A stretch of 64,000 nt of DNA from Okamejei kenojei (taxonomy: Eukaryota), in the NCBI GenBank assembly GCA_035221665.1, contig CM069133.1, positions 130,510,001 through 130,574,000 of the forward strand, read 5' to 3'. The translations under genes and the position numbers were made by a program. Under the pieces are notes generated by a model. That model saw only the letters and a program-made list of their open reading frames with translations. It made no database searches and was not told where the DNA came from. Positions 11,850-23,314 of the stretch are shown one piece after another (position 1 is the stretch's first letter; each line of letters begins with the position of its first letter).

Positions 11850-12130
11850 GATGGTAAAATAAGGATTGCCTCAAATATAAGCTGCTGAGGACCAGGGAGG
11901 GGTGGAGAAACAACATTTTGGTGATATGAAGCACCATAACAGTATATGGTTCAAGACACTGGAGGCCAGGTGCCAACTCCACAAAATGGTCAACGGCAAC
12001 ACACTCCGCAATCCAACAGCCAGAGACAATTTCACCTGTGGGAGGGTCTGCCTGACCAGGATAGGCCGAGTCAGCCACAGCCTACAGAAGCAGACAACAT
12101 CAAGGCTGGATGGACGGATGCAAAACACAA
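11850..12130 (+). mobile_element. RTE-clade LINE 3' end (degenerate)
   Basis: FTCGRVCLTRIGRVSH resembles the RTE C-terminal C..CGR.C.SRIGL.SH motif. Confidence 0.6.
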
Positions 12131-12159
12131 ATGCTGCAGTGGCTGGACAGGCTGACTAC

Positions 12160-12675
12160 AGGCCCTCTCGGCCCTTCCAGTCCGTATTTGTTTTCCCTAG
12201 CTCAGACCATACCCCTCCATTCCCTTCACGTTCCATATACCTATCCACTTTACATCGAACACCTCTGCAGCTCTCACAGCCACAGATTTGTTTGAAACAT
12301 GGGAAAGCTTATCCATGTCAAACTCTGCATTTTAAAGACCTCAATCAAGTCACCTTCTGCGCTCCAAAGAATAAAGACCTAACTTGTTCCTTTCTCTGTA
12401 ACATAGAACCCTGGCAACATTCTAGTAAAACTCTCTCTATTTTGTTGATAACTTTGCATACTCCAGAAAACCAATGCCTTGAATGCTCTGATTTATAAAG
12501 GCCAGACCAAAGGACATGCGATTCCACCTTCAGGGAACTATGCACAGTTATTCCTAGATCCCTCTGTTCCCACAGCAATTCTCAATTCCCTACCATACCA
12601 TGTACGTCCTATTTTGATTTGTCCTTGTAGACAGCATTAACTCCATCTGCCATCTTTCAGACCACTTTTCCCAAT
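12160..12675 (-). mobile_element. CR1 copy (same family as 7610-9655) riddled with short deletions
   Basis: Blocks nearly identical to 39540-40290 but with many internal deletions. Confidence 0.8.
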
Positions 12676-12739
12676 GGCAATGAATAACATCAATAACAAA
12701 TGCTTGGCTTGTGTTGGATTTTGGTCATATGTAATAAGA

Positions 12740-14233
12740 GCATTCGGCCCATCAAGTTTACTCTGCCATTCAATCATGGCTGATCTATTTCTCCATCCAA
12801 CCCCATTTTCCTGCCTTCTCCCCATAACCCCTGGCACCTGTACTAATCAGAAATCTATCTATCTCAGCTTTAAATATATCCATTGAGGGCCTCCACAGCC
12901 TTCTGTGGCAAATATTTCCACAGATTCATCAACCTTTGGCAAAATAAATTCCTTCTCATCTCATTCCCAAAGAAACATCTAATTCTGAGGCAATGACTTC
13001 TAGTCCTAGACTCTCCCACGAGTGGAAACATTCCTCCCCACAGCAACTCTATCCAAGCCTCAAGGCTTATGAATATTACTGAGATAAAACCCATCTACAT
13101 GATATTTTAAAAACAAATCCTTGGAGTGCAGGAGGCTAAGGTATATAAAATCATAAGGGGAATTGATTGGGTGAATGAACAGAGTCTTTTACCCAAGGCA
13201 AGGGAATCAAGAACCCCGGGAAGTGAAAGGGGAAAGATTTAGTAAGAATTAATAGGAAATTTATCTTCACTCATAGGGTGTTCGGTATATGCAGTGAGCT
13301 GCCAAAGGAGATGGTTGAGGTCTGTACAATAACCATATTTAAATTCAGTTGGACAGGATAGGAAAGGTTCAGATGGATGCAGGCAAAATGCAGGCAAATG
13401 GGACTAGCTCAGATGGGCATTTTGGTCGGCATGGCCGAGTTGCACTGAAGGATCTGTTTCCATGTTGTATGTCTTTATGGCTCTCACTCTGTGACCTCAA
13501 TAAGATCACCGCAAAGCCTCCTTTGGTCTGTGGAATAAAGTCGTAGATTGTCCAATCTCTCCCTGTATCCTAAGCCATTGAGTCCTGGCAACATCCTTGT
13601 AAATCTTCTCTATATTCTTTCCAACATAATCTTTCCAAAGCAGGATGACCAAAGCTGAACACAATAATCCAATAATAAAGTATCTTGTACAGCTGTAATA
13701 AAACGCCCCAACTTTTATACACAATTTTCTGAAAGCCATGTGCCAAAAGTCTTCTTTACTATCCTATCTACCTGCAGTCCCACTTTGAGTGGATTTGGAT
13801 AGACTCGGCTTGTACTCGCTAGATTTTAGAAGATTGAGGGGGGGGATCTTATAGAAACTTACAAAATTCTTAAGGGTTTGGGCAGGCTAGATGCAGGAAG
13901 ATTGTTCCCGATGTTGGGGTAGTCCAGGACAAGGGGTCACAGTTTAAGGATAAGGGGGAAATCTTTTAGGACCGAGATGAGAAAAACATTTTTCACACAG
14001 AGTGGTGAATCTGTGGAATTCTCTGCCACAGAAGGTGGTTGAGGCCAGTTCATTGGCTATATTTAAGAGGGAGTTAGATGTGGCCCTTGTTGCTAAAGGG
14101 ATCAGGGGGTATGGAGAGAAGGCAGGTACAGGATACTGAGTTGATTGATCAGCCATGATCATATTGAATGGCAGTGCAGGCTCAAAGGGCCGAATGGCCT
14201 ATTCCTACACCTATTTTCTATGTTTATATGTTT
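12740..14233. mobile_element. Cluster of CR1 3' fragments in mixed orientation (about 12740-13065 -, 13120-13490 +, 13500-13790 -, 13792-14233 +)
   Basis: CR1 C-terminal motifs (ESRTRSH, RLMNLW, LGLYSL..RRLRGDL) and 3' UTR aatggcctattcctacacctattttctatgttt. Confidence 0.8.
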
Positions 14234-14399
14234 CAGGGAACTATGTACTTGCACGCTGAGATCCCTCCACTCTGCAACACTCTCCAAGGCCCCACCAGTC
14301 GCTCTGAAGGTCCATACTTCCCGAAATGCAATACCGCACACCAGACCTCCAATATGAAAAGCAACCTTCGACCATCACCCACGGCTTCCTAACATGAAA

Positions 14400-15450
14400 G
14401 CAATTCTGTAGGTGAAAGAGTGGCCCTGTTTATTTACGACAGGCAAAAAGCAATTGGGTAGGTTGGCAAAGGTTCAGGGAACCAGTATGTGGAAACTGTT
14501 TGGATGGGAATAAGGTATAGTAAAGGCAAGAAGTCGCTCGAGGGAAGGTGCACAGGCCCCCTTATAATAACCAAATAGAAAGGCAGAGAATGAAAGAGCT
14601 GGACAGAATGATAATCCTAGTGAATTTTAAACTACATCTACATTTGAAAAATCAAATAGACAAAGATTGCCAACATGGGGGAATTAGCAGTTTTTTCATG
14701 ATAGTTTCATAGAGCAGCAAGTGCTATAGCACACCAGGGAGAAGGATATATTAGACGTGATAATGTGCAATGAGTTGGAATTAATTAATGACCTCATTGA
14801 AAAGGCTCCCTTAAGCAGAAAAAAAATCATAAAATGATTGAATATTACTTTCAGTTTGTTGGAGAGAAGAATGGGTCCAACACTAGTATTTTAAATTTAA
14901 ATAAGGACAATTATGAAGACATGAAAATAGATTGAGCTGAAGGGAACTGGCAAACTGAGCCATGGGATCAGTCAATCGAGATGCAACGGCAGATATTTAA
15001 AGGAGATCTTTCAGAAAACACAGAACAGACACATTTAAACAAGAAAGAAAATTCCAAGGGGAAGGCCCAATATCTATGATTAACAGGCAAATGATTGTAT
15101 TAATTATAATGTAAAAGCATACAATTTGGCTCAAAACATTGAAACAGCAGTAAATACCTAAATGGTTAACAAGGAAAGCGAAATTGCAGAATAAGGTAAA
15201 GCTAACTAGAAATATAAAAATAGATAATGATAAGAATTTAGGAGACTGACAGGTGATCCTATTGAGGTGTATAAAATTATGAGGAACATGGAGAGGATGA
15301 ATGCACAGTCTTTTCCAAGGTAGGGAAATTGAACTAGAGTGCATACGTTAAAGGTGAGAGGGTAAAAAATTAATAGGAATGTAAAGGGGCAGCATTTCGC
15401 ACAGAGGGTGATGGGTATGTAGAACGATCTGCCAGAGGAACTAGCTGAGG
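14400..15450 (+). mobile_element. Old degenerate CR1 ORF2 remnants (endonuclease region and 3' part)
   Basis: Resembles CR1 endonuclease text (tagagcagcaagtgct...caccagggagaagg...tagacgtgataatgtgcaatgag) and RT C-terminus (aggtgatcctattgaggtgtataaaattatgagg). Confidence 0.55.
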
Positions 15451-15496
15451 TATAGTTTAGTTTATCGTTGTCAGGTTTGGTACCCAGACAAGGCAT

Positions 15497-15768
15497 CGAA
15501 GGACGAGTAGCCGAAGCAAAGAAGTGGAAACTAAATTACCGAATAGAAATGATGCTGAAACACCACATAACCTAAAGAGTATGAGGCCAAAACACCAACT
15601 AACCGAAAGGGAGGGACACCTAAAAGCAAATTAACAGAAAAGGGCAGGAGACCTAAAAACCAACTAACCGATAGGCTGCATCGCCAAAAAGCAAACTCAC
15701 TGAATGGCCACTCTGTCGAAACGCCACCTACCCGAAAGGCGGCATCGCCTACAAGCCAACGACCCGAT
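15497..15768 (+). repeat. Degenerate ~16-bp-period array with alternating (32-bp) higher-order structure
   Basis: About 17 units beginning cgaa/ctaa/caaa/tgaa, e.g. caaaacaccaactaac, cgaaagggagggacac, ctaaaaaccaactaac, cgataggctgcatcgc. Confidence 0.7.
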
Positions 15769-16514
15769 TGCAGCTCAACAGAAAAGTCAAATAACGGACA
15801 TGACGTTGCCGGGGAGGTGGGACGTCCGCAATTGGTCTAGACCCCCGTGTCCATTACATCATTGGCTGGTGGAGACGGGAGGGTGTTGGTCATTTTCCCC
15901 ACACAAGCCATAGGTGGCTGGGCAATCTGAAACCAAGCACCAAGTTGTAAGTGGCTGAAGGTGTGCATCCCTAGGAATAGCCACCATTCTCCCACGGCCA
16001 CCCTCCGCCTCGTTTCCCCCATGCGACCGCACTGTGGCGGTCTGTGGGTCGGGTGGAGCGGAGGTGTGGGGCAGGCTGGTCCCTCCGCCCACCCAGAGTC
16101 ACTGACCGCGGTGCACCACCATCAGACCCTAATCCCCACACCAGGGTGATTCTTAGGACAGGGCAATAATCCCACCACCTAATTAGCCAGGTTCCCAAAT
16201 GTAAGAACTATTTATACATGGAACATTTTTGTTTTAAAATCTGCCAAAGATCATCTAGCAGATTCACGTCTGACTGCACTTATGCAGAGCGGCTATGGAA
16301 GTTGAGAAAACTGGCACTGACAGCAGTCCATGTGAAAGGACAGCACCTACCAGCAATGAAGGAACTATGAAACCAGCTGCCGCAAGCCCTTCCCACAGGA
16401 CGGGGTTTTAACTTAGCATTAAAAATCAAAAAAGAGTTACATTGATTTAAAAACAAAAATAGGGGATTGTAAACAGTTAGTTTGCTTTTAGGCATCCCAC
16501 CCTTAAAAACAACA

Positions 16515-18077
16515 ATAGGGGATTATAAATCACATAGAATTCATAAACGACATCTATGTAAACCCAAAGAAATTGGTGGATTGGCGTTCCCCAATTTCTT
16601 ATAAGATTATTGGGCAGCGAATATTAAAAATTTACTGGCTGGATAATGCATGTCAACAGGTTAGATTGGTTGGTAATGGAGAGAGAGGATTGTTCGCCTT
16701 TTAAAATAGGCGCGATCCTTCTCCCTCCAATACAATTGAAGAACTCAGTATGCAAGAAAAATCTGATAGCACTTCACGAATTTGGAGACAAGTAAAACTT
16801 ACTTTTAAATGAAGAAATCTATCTCTTCTTTCTCCAATAGCTAATAACTCGTCGTTCAAACCATCCATTATAGATAAAATGTTTATTTATTGGGAAAGAC
16901 TAGGAATTAAAAAGGTTGGAGATTTGTACGAAATGGGAAACCTCCTATCATTCCAGAAATTACAGTTGAAAAACAGTCTGAAAGGTAATCAATGTTTTAG
17001 ATGTCTGCAAAATCGAGATTATTTGAAAACATATAACCACGAGTACCAAGCTCTGTTGCCAGATATATTAGATGAAGGTATGAATAGAAACGCAGAGTCA
17101 AATAATCTAATATTATACTTGTTCAATATCCTTCTATATATAGAAATTCCATCTTCAGACACAATTAGAAGAGAATGGGAAGAGGAATTAGGCCTAAAAA
17201 TCTCCAAAGACAGATGGGAAAAATATCTCCTATATATACATAATTGTTCGATTAATGTTGGACACATTCTAATCCAATTCAAAATACTACACAGACTATA
17301 TTACTCAAAAACTAAACTGAATAAGATTTTTCCAAATGTATGTCCTATTTGCGACAAATGTCTCTCTCAAGAAGCAACTATAACACACTCCTTTGCTTCT
17401 TGCATAAAACTCCAGAAATTTTGGAAATAAATCTTTGAAATTTTCTCAAGTTATTAAAAACAAAACTGGACCCCCCATACAGAATTGATTATTTTTGGAA
17501 TCGCAGGAGCCTGCTCTGAGCTCTCAATATTTCAAAGACGGTTCCTTAACTATGGCCTGGTAATGGTGAAAAATTTTATACTTAAATTTTGGAAAAATGC
17601 ATCTACCCCAACTCTTAAAATGTGGATCACAAGCATGTCTGAGACTCGTCTTAACAGAAAAATAAGAGCAGTTCTCAAAGAAATAGTTTCCTTTCATTGA
17701 TTCATTACAAGGATAGTATGGTGCAACACACCTTTGGAATTAAACCAATTTACGGACAGGGTGATGGGTAAGGTAAGAAATGAAGCAGGTATATCAACAT
17801 GTTTTGGTCTTTTTTTTAATTACTTTTCTTTTTTGTCTTTTTATTTTTTTTAAGTTTTTACTTACTCACTTTGTGACTACACTCTGATAGTTTAGGGGTT
17901 CTACTTTTACACATTCACTACCTCTTTCACCTTTTCTCTTTCTTGCTCTCTTTCTCTATGACATTTTTGTCAGAATTAAAATGGAAGATGTACAATAAAT
18001 GTATTTTGTCATATGCCATGGTTTATACTACATTGCACTGCTTCTAATAAAGATATTATAAAATTTTTTTAAAAAAG
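16515..18077 (+). mobile_element. L1-clade LINE 3' portion with CCHC domain, T-rich 3' UTR and poly(A) remnant
   Basis: KPKEIGGLAFPNF; QFKILHRLYYSKTKLNKIFPNVCPICDKC...THSFASC; aataaa followed by an A-rich tail at about 18046-18077. Confidence 0.88.
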
Positions 18078-18558
18078 GGAAACCGGGAGGACAATGGTAC
18101 ATATTTTCATGACAGAGTAGAAAGATTCATAAGCAAGGGGATGGGAGGTTAACACATTCAGACCGTTTGTTGATGATTCTCCCATGTAATCGAATCTCAT
18201 ACTTGCTGGAATTAAAAAATATGTACGTAATTTTATTTCCTGCACACTTCAATTATCACTCCAAAATCTCATTTCCAATTACCAAACTTGTTAATGGCCC
18301 TCCATTTCATTTATTTTTATCTATTTAAAGAAATTGGTATTCTGCACACACTGATTCTCTCACATCATCCGGTGTCAAATGGCGTGAGAGATAAGTGAAA
18401 TTAAATGTATTACGGTGGACCTCAGTTTAACAATGAGATGTCATTTGCATTCTGAGAAGAGTTGTTGACCCAAATCCTTGCTTCGCTTTCTCTCTCCACA
18501 GATATGACTGCATTGAATGTTTCTAGCATTTTTTAATACTGTGTCAGATTTGTCAGAT

Positions 18559-19416
18559 TTATTAATGATCTGGATGAGGGGATTGAACGCAACATCTCCA
18601 AGTTTGCGGATGACACGAAGCTGGGGGGCAGTGTTAGTTGTGAAGAGGATGCTAGGAGGCTGCAAGGTGACTTGGATAGGTTGGGTGAGTGGGAAAATGC
18701 ATGGCAGATGCAGTATAATGTGCATAAATGTGAGATTATCCACTTTGGTGGCAAAAGCAGTAAAGTAGACTATTATCTGAATGGTGGCCGGTTAGGAAAA
18801 GTGGGGATGCAACGAGACCTGGGTGTCATGGTACACCAGTCATTGAAAGTAGGCATGCAGATGCATTCATAGCGAAATGATTTGAGTATAAGAGCAGGGA
18901 GGTTCTACTGCAGTTGTACAGGGTCTTGGTGAGGTCACATTTGGAGTATTGCATACAGTTTTGGTCTCGTAATCTGAGGAAAGACATTCTTGCCATAGAG
19001 GGAGTACAGAGAAGGCTCACCAGACTGATTCCTGGGATGGCAGGACTTCCACATGAAAAAAGACTGGATAGACTCGGCTTGTACTCGCTAGAATTTAGAA
19101 GATTGAGGGGGGATCTTATAGAGACGTACAAAATTCTTAAGTGGTTGGACAGGCTAGATGCAGGAAGATTGTTCCCGATGTTGGGGAACTCCAGAACAAG
19201 GGGTCACAATTTTAGGATAAGGGGAAGTCTTTTAGGACCGAGACGAGAAAATCATTTTCCACACAGAGAGTGGTGAATCTGTGGAATTCTCTGCCACAGA
19301 AGGTAGATGAGGCCAGTTCATTGGCTATATTTAAGAGGGAGTTTGATGTGGCTAAAGGGATCAGGGGGTATGGAGAAGGCAGGTACAGGATACTGAGTTG
19401 GATGATCAGCCATGAT
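18559..19416 (+). mobile_element. CR1 LINE 3' part, interrupted by DIRS copy B and resuming at 23807-23858
   Basis: SKFADDTKLGG, WQMQYNVHKC, LGLYSLEFRRLRGDL. The 3' UTR gatcagccatgat|catattgaatggcgg is split by the insertion. Confidence 0.92.
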
Positions 19417-19621
19417 TTTACTTCGGAGTCACGTGAGTCGACATATCGTCGACCGCATGCGAAGCGACAGGCAGGGAGGAGGGTCGCTCCTCCACCAGAA
19501 CGGACCTGCATGTAAAGTTTTTTCTTTCAGGGACTCTGTGGGATAGAGTACCCCACCAACGGGCCACCTCAAGAGACTGACCGCGGACCGCGGCCAGTCA
19601 GTGGCAGCAGAACTCGCCACA

Positions 19622-19836
19622 GAGGTCGGGCAGTCTGTTGACCCGGCAGGGTCCGTGCTCACAGACTCGCCGCTCGCAGGTAGTGACGGCAGAGCGGCAG
19701 CCCGACTTAAACACTGCAGCCCGCAGGAACACCGCGGACTGGCGGCTTCAATACACCGGGAAGTCGGGCAGCCCGTTGACCCGGGAGGGTCCGGGCTCAC
19801 TGACTCGCCGTTCGCAGGTAGCAACGGCAGACCGAC
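19622..19836 (+). repeat. 138-bp (46-codon) period coding repeat in the DIRS ORF1 region
   Basis: EVGQSVDPAGSVLTDSPLAGSDGR / EVGQPVDPGGSGLTDSPFAGSNGR; partial third copy near 19925. Confidence 0.8.
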
Positions 19837-20175
19837 AAACACCGCAGCCCGCAGGATCACCGCGGACTGACGGCTTCGCTACCCGGAAGCCCCGACTCAA
19901 GCGCAGGCAGCACAACGCCTGGAAGTGGACCGGGCGGGGTTCGGGCTCACAGACTAGCCGTTGGGGCAGTCTATATTCCCCATGAGCAGGTGGGGAGCAC
20001 TACCTCCACATGGCACACTCTAGCAGGAGTGTGGACACCATGGGTCTCCGAGCAGACCCATGGCAGGACCCTTTACAGGGCTGCCAAATGCTCACCCACT
20101 TCGCAGGGGAGCATAAGGAGTCAGGCCTAGGCTGACTCTGAAGGAGGGAATCGAATTTTGCAACGGTTGGCTGGT

Positions 20176-20206
<31 letters not shown>

Positions 20207-20648
20207 AGTGCTGCTCCAACAGGTGACGGAAATATGACCAACAAGTTGTACTAACCTTGAGTTGGTTGGGTTTCTGTATTGTTTACATCCCTTACAGAAA
20301 CTTCGTAATTCAGAAAACGAGCAGTAAGAAGGCTGCTTCAAGCATGCCATTGAAGACTGCGGGACTTAGTAGCGAGGTCGGCAGCCAACATTCCCGGAGC
20401 TGACCATTGATTTCCGGCAGCACCCGTACCTCGGGCCAGGAAGACAGCGCAGAAGTCGGGGAGCCCCGCACAGTCTGGACCCGACTCTCCACCGCAGCAG
20501 TCCAGGGAGCTGCATACTGGTGGTGGGACTGCGCGGGATCAGGGTAGCTAAGACCCCGACTCCCCACCGCTTCAGTCTGTACGAAAACAGACCAGCGGAA
20601 AAAACAAGTGCGGAAGACAGGGCCAGGTTAAGGGACACCCCGACACAC

Positions 20649-20909
20649 CACCACATCAGTTCGCAAGAGGTCGGACCAGTGGCAAAACCTCACATGAGTG
20701 GAGTAGCCCCGTTGGAGCGGCTGGCACCGACTCTCCACCACTTCAGTTCGCTAGATTGCGGACCGGTGGCAAAACTACACAAATGTCGTGTAGCCCCGCA
20801 GGAGCGGCTGGCAGCGACTTTGCGTCGCATCAGTCCCGAAGACACGGGACTGGCGGCAAGCCCGCGCGGATGTCGTGTAGCCCCGCTGGAGTGGCTTCCA
20901 CCAGCTCTC
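20649..20909 (+). repeat. Three 87-bp (29-aa) tandem coding repeats in the DIRS ORF1 region
   Basis: HHISSQEVGPVAKPHMSGVAPLERLAPTL / HHFSSLDCGPVAKLHKCRVAPQERLAATL / RRISPEDTGLAASPRGCRVAPLEWLPPAL. Confidence 0.85.
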
Positions 20910-21197
20910 TAGGATCCCGAACATCAACGGCAGGGACCATGACAATGCTGTCCAACATCTCTCCCTCCTCAGTAGGGTGCCAGAAGTCAGGCACTAGCTG
21001 ACTTCGAAGAGGCGTTGGCTGAAGACCTACAGTTGCAAGGGATGCAAGACAATGAATGGTGTCTAAGTTCACTCAACCATCCCAGAAAAGGCAACCTCTT
21101 CAGCCAAGGCTAGCGGCAAGCATAAACTACCTGACAACACACCAATTATAGGAACAGGTAATTTCGGAGACCACAAGCAAATACATGGCCCGGAAAA

Positions 21198-21620
21198 TTG
21201 CGTGTCGCTGAATGCGTGATATGGGGAAACATCCTGAAAATTCACAAAATTCTGAAACTACTGAACTCTGGCATTACTGTGTTTGCCAGGTCAGTCGGCG
21301 GTATGGACATGACGGAAGAGCAGCAGGATGCATCCATGAAGCGTATGCTCTGCAATACGCAATATGAGTTCAATTGCTTCGGGAAAGCTCTATCCGTCCT
21401 ACACTCAACCCCAAAAATTGCAGGTTTGTGTAAGGCCACCGCTATGCCACCACCAAGACAGTTGTTTGGTGATGACCTGCCCAATCAGGGGAAAGACCTA
21501 GATGAGGAAGTTAAAGCGGTAGGTTTGATAAAACCGCCTTCGTCTGGTAGACCTCCAGTGTATCGTCGGCAGCATCCATATGCAACATCTAACAGGCCCT
21601 GGTTCAACCCGATAGAGTGA
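21198..21620 (+). pseudogene. DIRS ORF1 (gag-like) C-terminal remnant
   Basis: Position upstream of the RH/MT remnants; ...LFGDDLPNQGKDL motif typical of DIRS ORF1. Confidence 0.55.
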
Positions 21621-21859
21621 TGGGAGCAAACCCAAAGACCGTGCCTTATCATCAGAGGCCTGTTTAAGCCAAGGCCCACAGCGACCAGCCTGAAAAAATG
21701 CGTCAACCCTACACTGCAGCACCACAGCAACCCAAGAAAGGACAGAAACATGTCTGTCTACAGATAGACAATACCACAGTGTTGGCATATTCAACCATAT
21801 GGGTGGTATCAAGTCAATATATTGGGATGAATTGGTAAATGACTTGGCACTTGTGCATT

Positions 21860-22362
21860 GAAATATTTGGATATCAGCTACATACCTTCCAGGTAAGCTT
21901 AATACAGTGGCGGACACCAGGTCACGAGTATTGAAGGACAACACCAAGCGGATGTTGAACCCCAAAATATTTGCTAATATTATCGCTAAGTATGGAACAC
22001 CAGATATCGACCTCTTTGCATTCAGGTTGAACCATCAAATACCAACATATGTCTCGTGGGAGCTAGATCCTGGGGCAGTAGAGATGGATGCGTTCTCGCT
22101 ACATTGGGGAACATTGTACTTCTATGCATTTCCCCCATTTCTGCCTCATCAGTCGGGTATTGCGGTAATCCAGCTAAATTCTGCATCAGGGATTCTGATA
22201 ATACCTGTCTGCCCCACACAGCCATGGTTCCCGGTGGTCCTCGATATGGTAAAGAAATCATGGGTGCAGGGTCCTAAATGTCCGAACCTACTGATACATC
22301 CCATATCAGGGGAGAATCATCCGTGCCGTGGTCATCTGAACCTGTTGGCTTGTAGGTTCTGA
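21860..22362 (+). pseudogene. DIRS RNase H tail plus MT domain (copy B)
   Basis: IWISATYLPGKLNTVADTRSR, then IDLFAFRLNHQIPTYVSW...DAFSLHW...YAFPPF...PTQPWFP. Confidence 0.85.
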
Positions 22363-22364
22363 AG

Positions 22365-23314
22365 AGACCTTTGTTGGAATTTGGGCTGTCGAACAGGACC
22401 ATGGATATCGTCACAGCATTGTGCAGAGAGTCCATGAAGGAGCAGTACCTTACCCATGTAAGGAAATGGGAGGCCTTCTGTTCCAGGACTAATATCACCT
22501 ACGACTCTGCCACCATCACAGATGTGCTGGAATTCCTCGCGGGCCTTCACTATGATGAGGGCCTCAGCTATAGTGCCATCAATAATGCCAGAAGCACATT
22601 GTCATCCTACCTCACTATCGGAGTAGGATCCCATCAGTTGGTGTCAAAATGTATGAGGGGTATTTCAATTCTTACCCTCATAGACCACGATACAATATGA
22701 CCTGTGATATTGGGGTAGCGTTGTCCCTACTCAGGAGTTGGTCACCAGTTTCGGAACTCCCACTGGCCAAACAAACCTACAAAGTGGTAATGCTAATGGC
22801 ACTTATACTGCTCAGCGGGTCCAGACCCTCCACAAACTAAACTGGACAGGATGGTCTCGACCCCTACCAAGGCAACCTTTTCATTGATGAATTACTTAAA
22901 CGCCATAGACCTGGTACAACCGGTCTTAAATTGGAATTCCATGCATATCCCATTGATGTATGCCTCCGTATAGCCACTTATCTCCGATATTGTCACACAA
23001 AATATAGGGAGAATGGAAACGGGTCTTTTCATCAGTTTTTAAAGCCCACATCACAGGGTAACTGTGCAGGCAATTCCAGGTGGCTCAGGGTGGTGTTGAA
23101 TGCAGCAGGGGTAGACACTGATATTCAAATCTCATTCTAACAGGGCTGCGTCCACATCAGCGGCGATGGACATGGACCATGTCCTCACAACATCATGGAC
23201 CATGTCCTCACAACATCAGGCTTGGCCAACGGAGACATCTTTCAACGGTTTTATAACAAATCTGTGGCCACTCCTGCGACGCTTGCAGATACTGTTTTAA
23301 GTTCTGTTCCCTGA
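22365..23314 (+). pseudogene. DIRS tyrosine recombinase (copy B), multiple frameshifts
   Basis: LEFGLSNRT..., QYLTHVRKWEAFC, GLSYSAINNARSTLSSY, WLRVVLNAAGVDTD; homologous to 430-1439. Confidence 0.85.

Noticed and set aside
15497-15768. CRISPR-like array
   Set aside because: No identical 23-47 bp repeats with unique spacers, eukaryotic context, and no cas genes.
23172-23217. 23-bp tandem duplication catggaccatgtcctcacaacat (similar small ones near 590-627 and 30142-30184)
   Set aside because: Ordinary slippage mutations in decayed elements.
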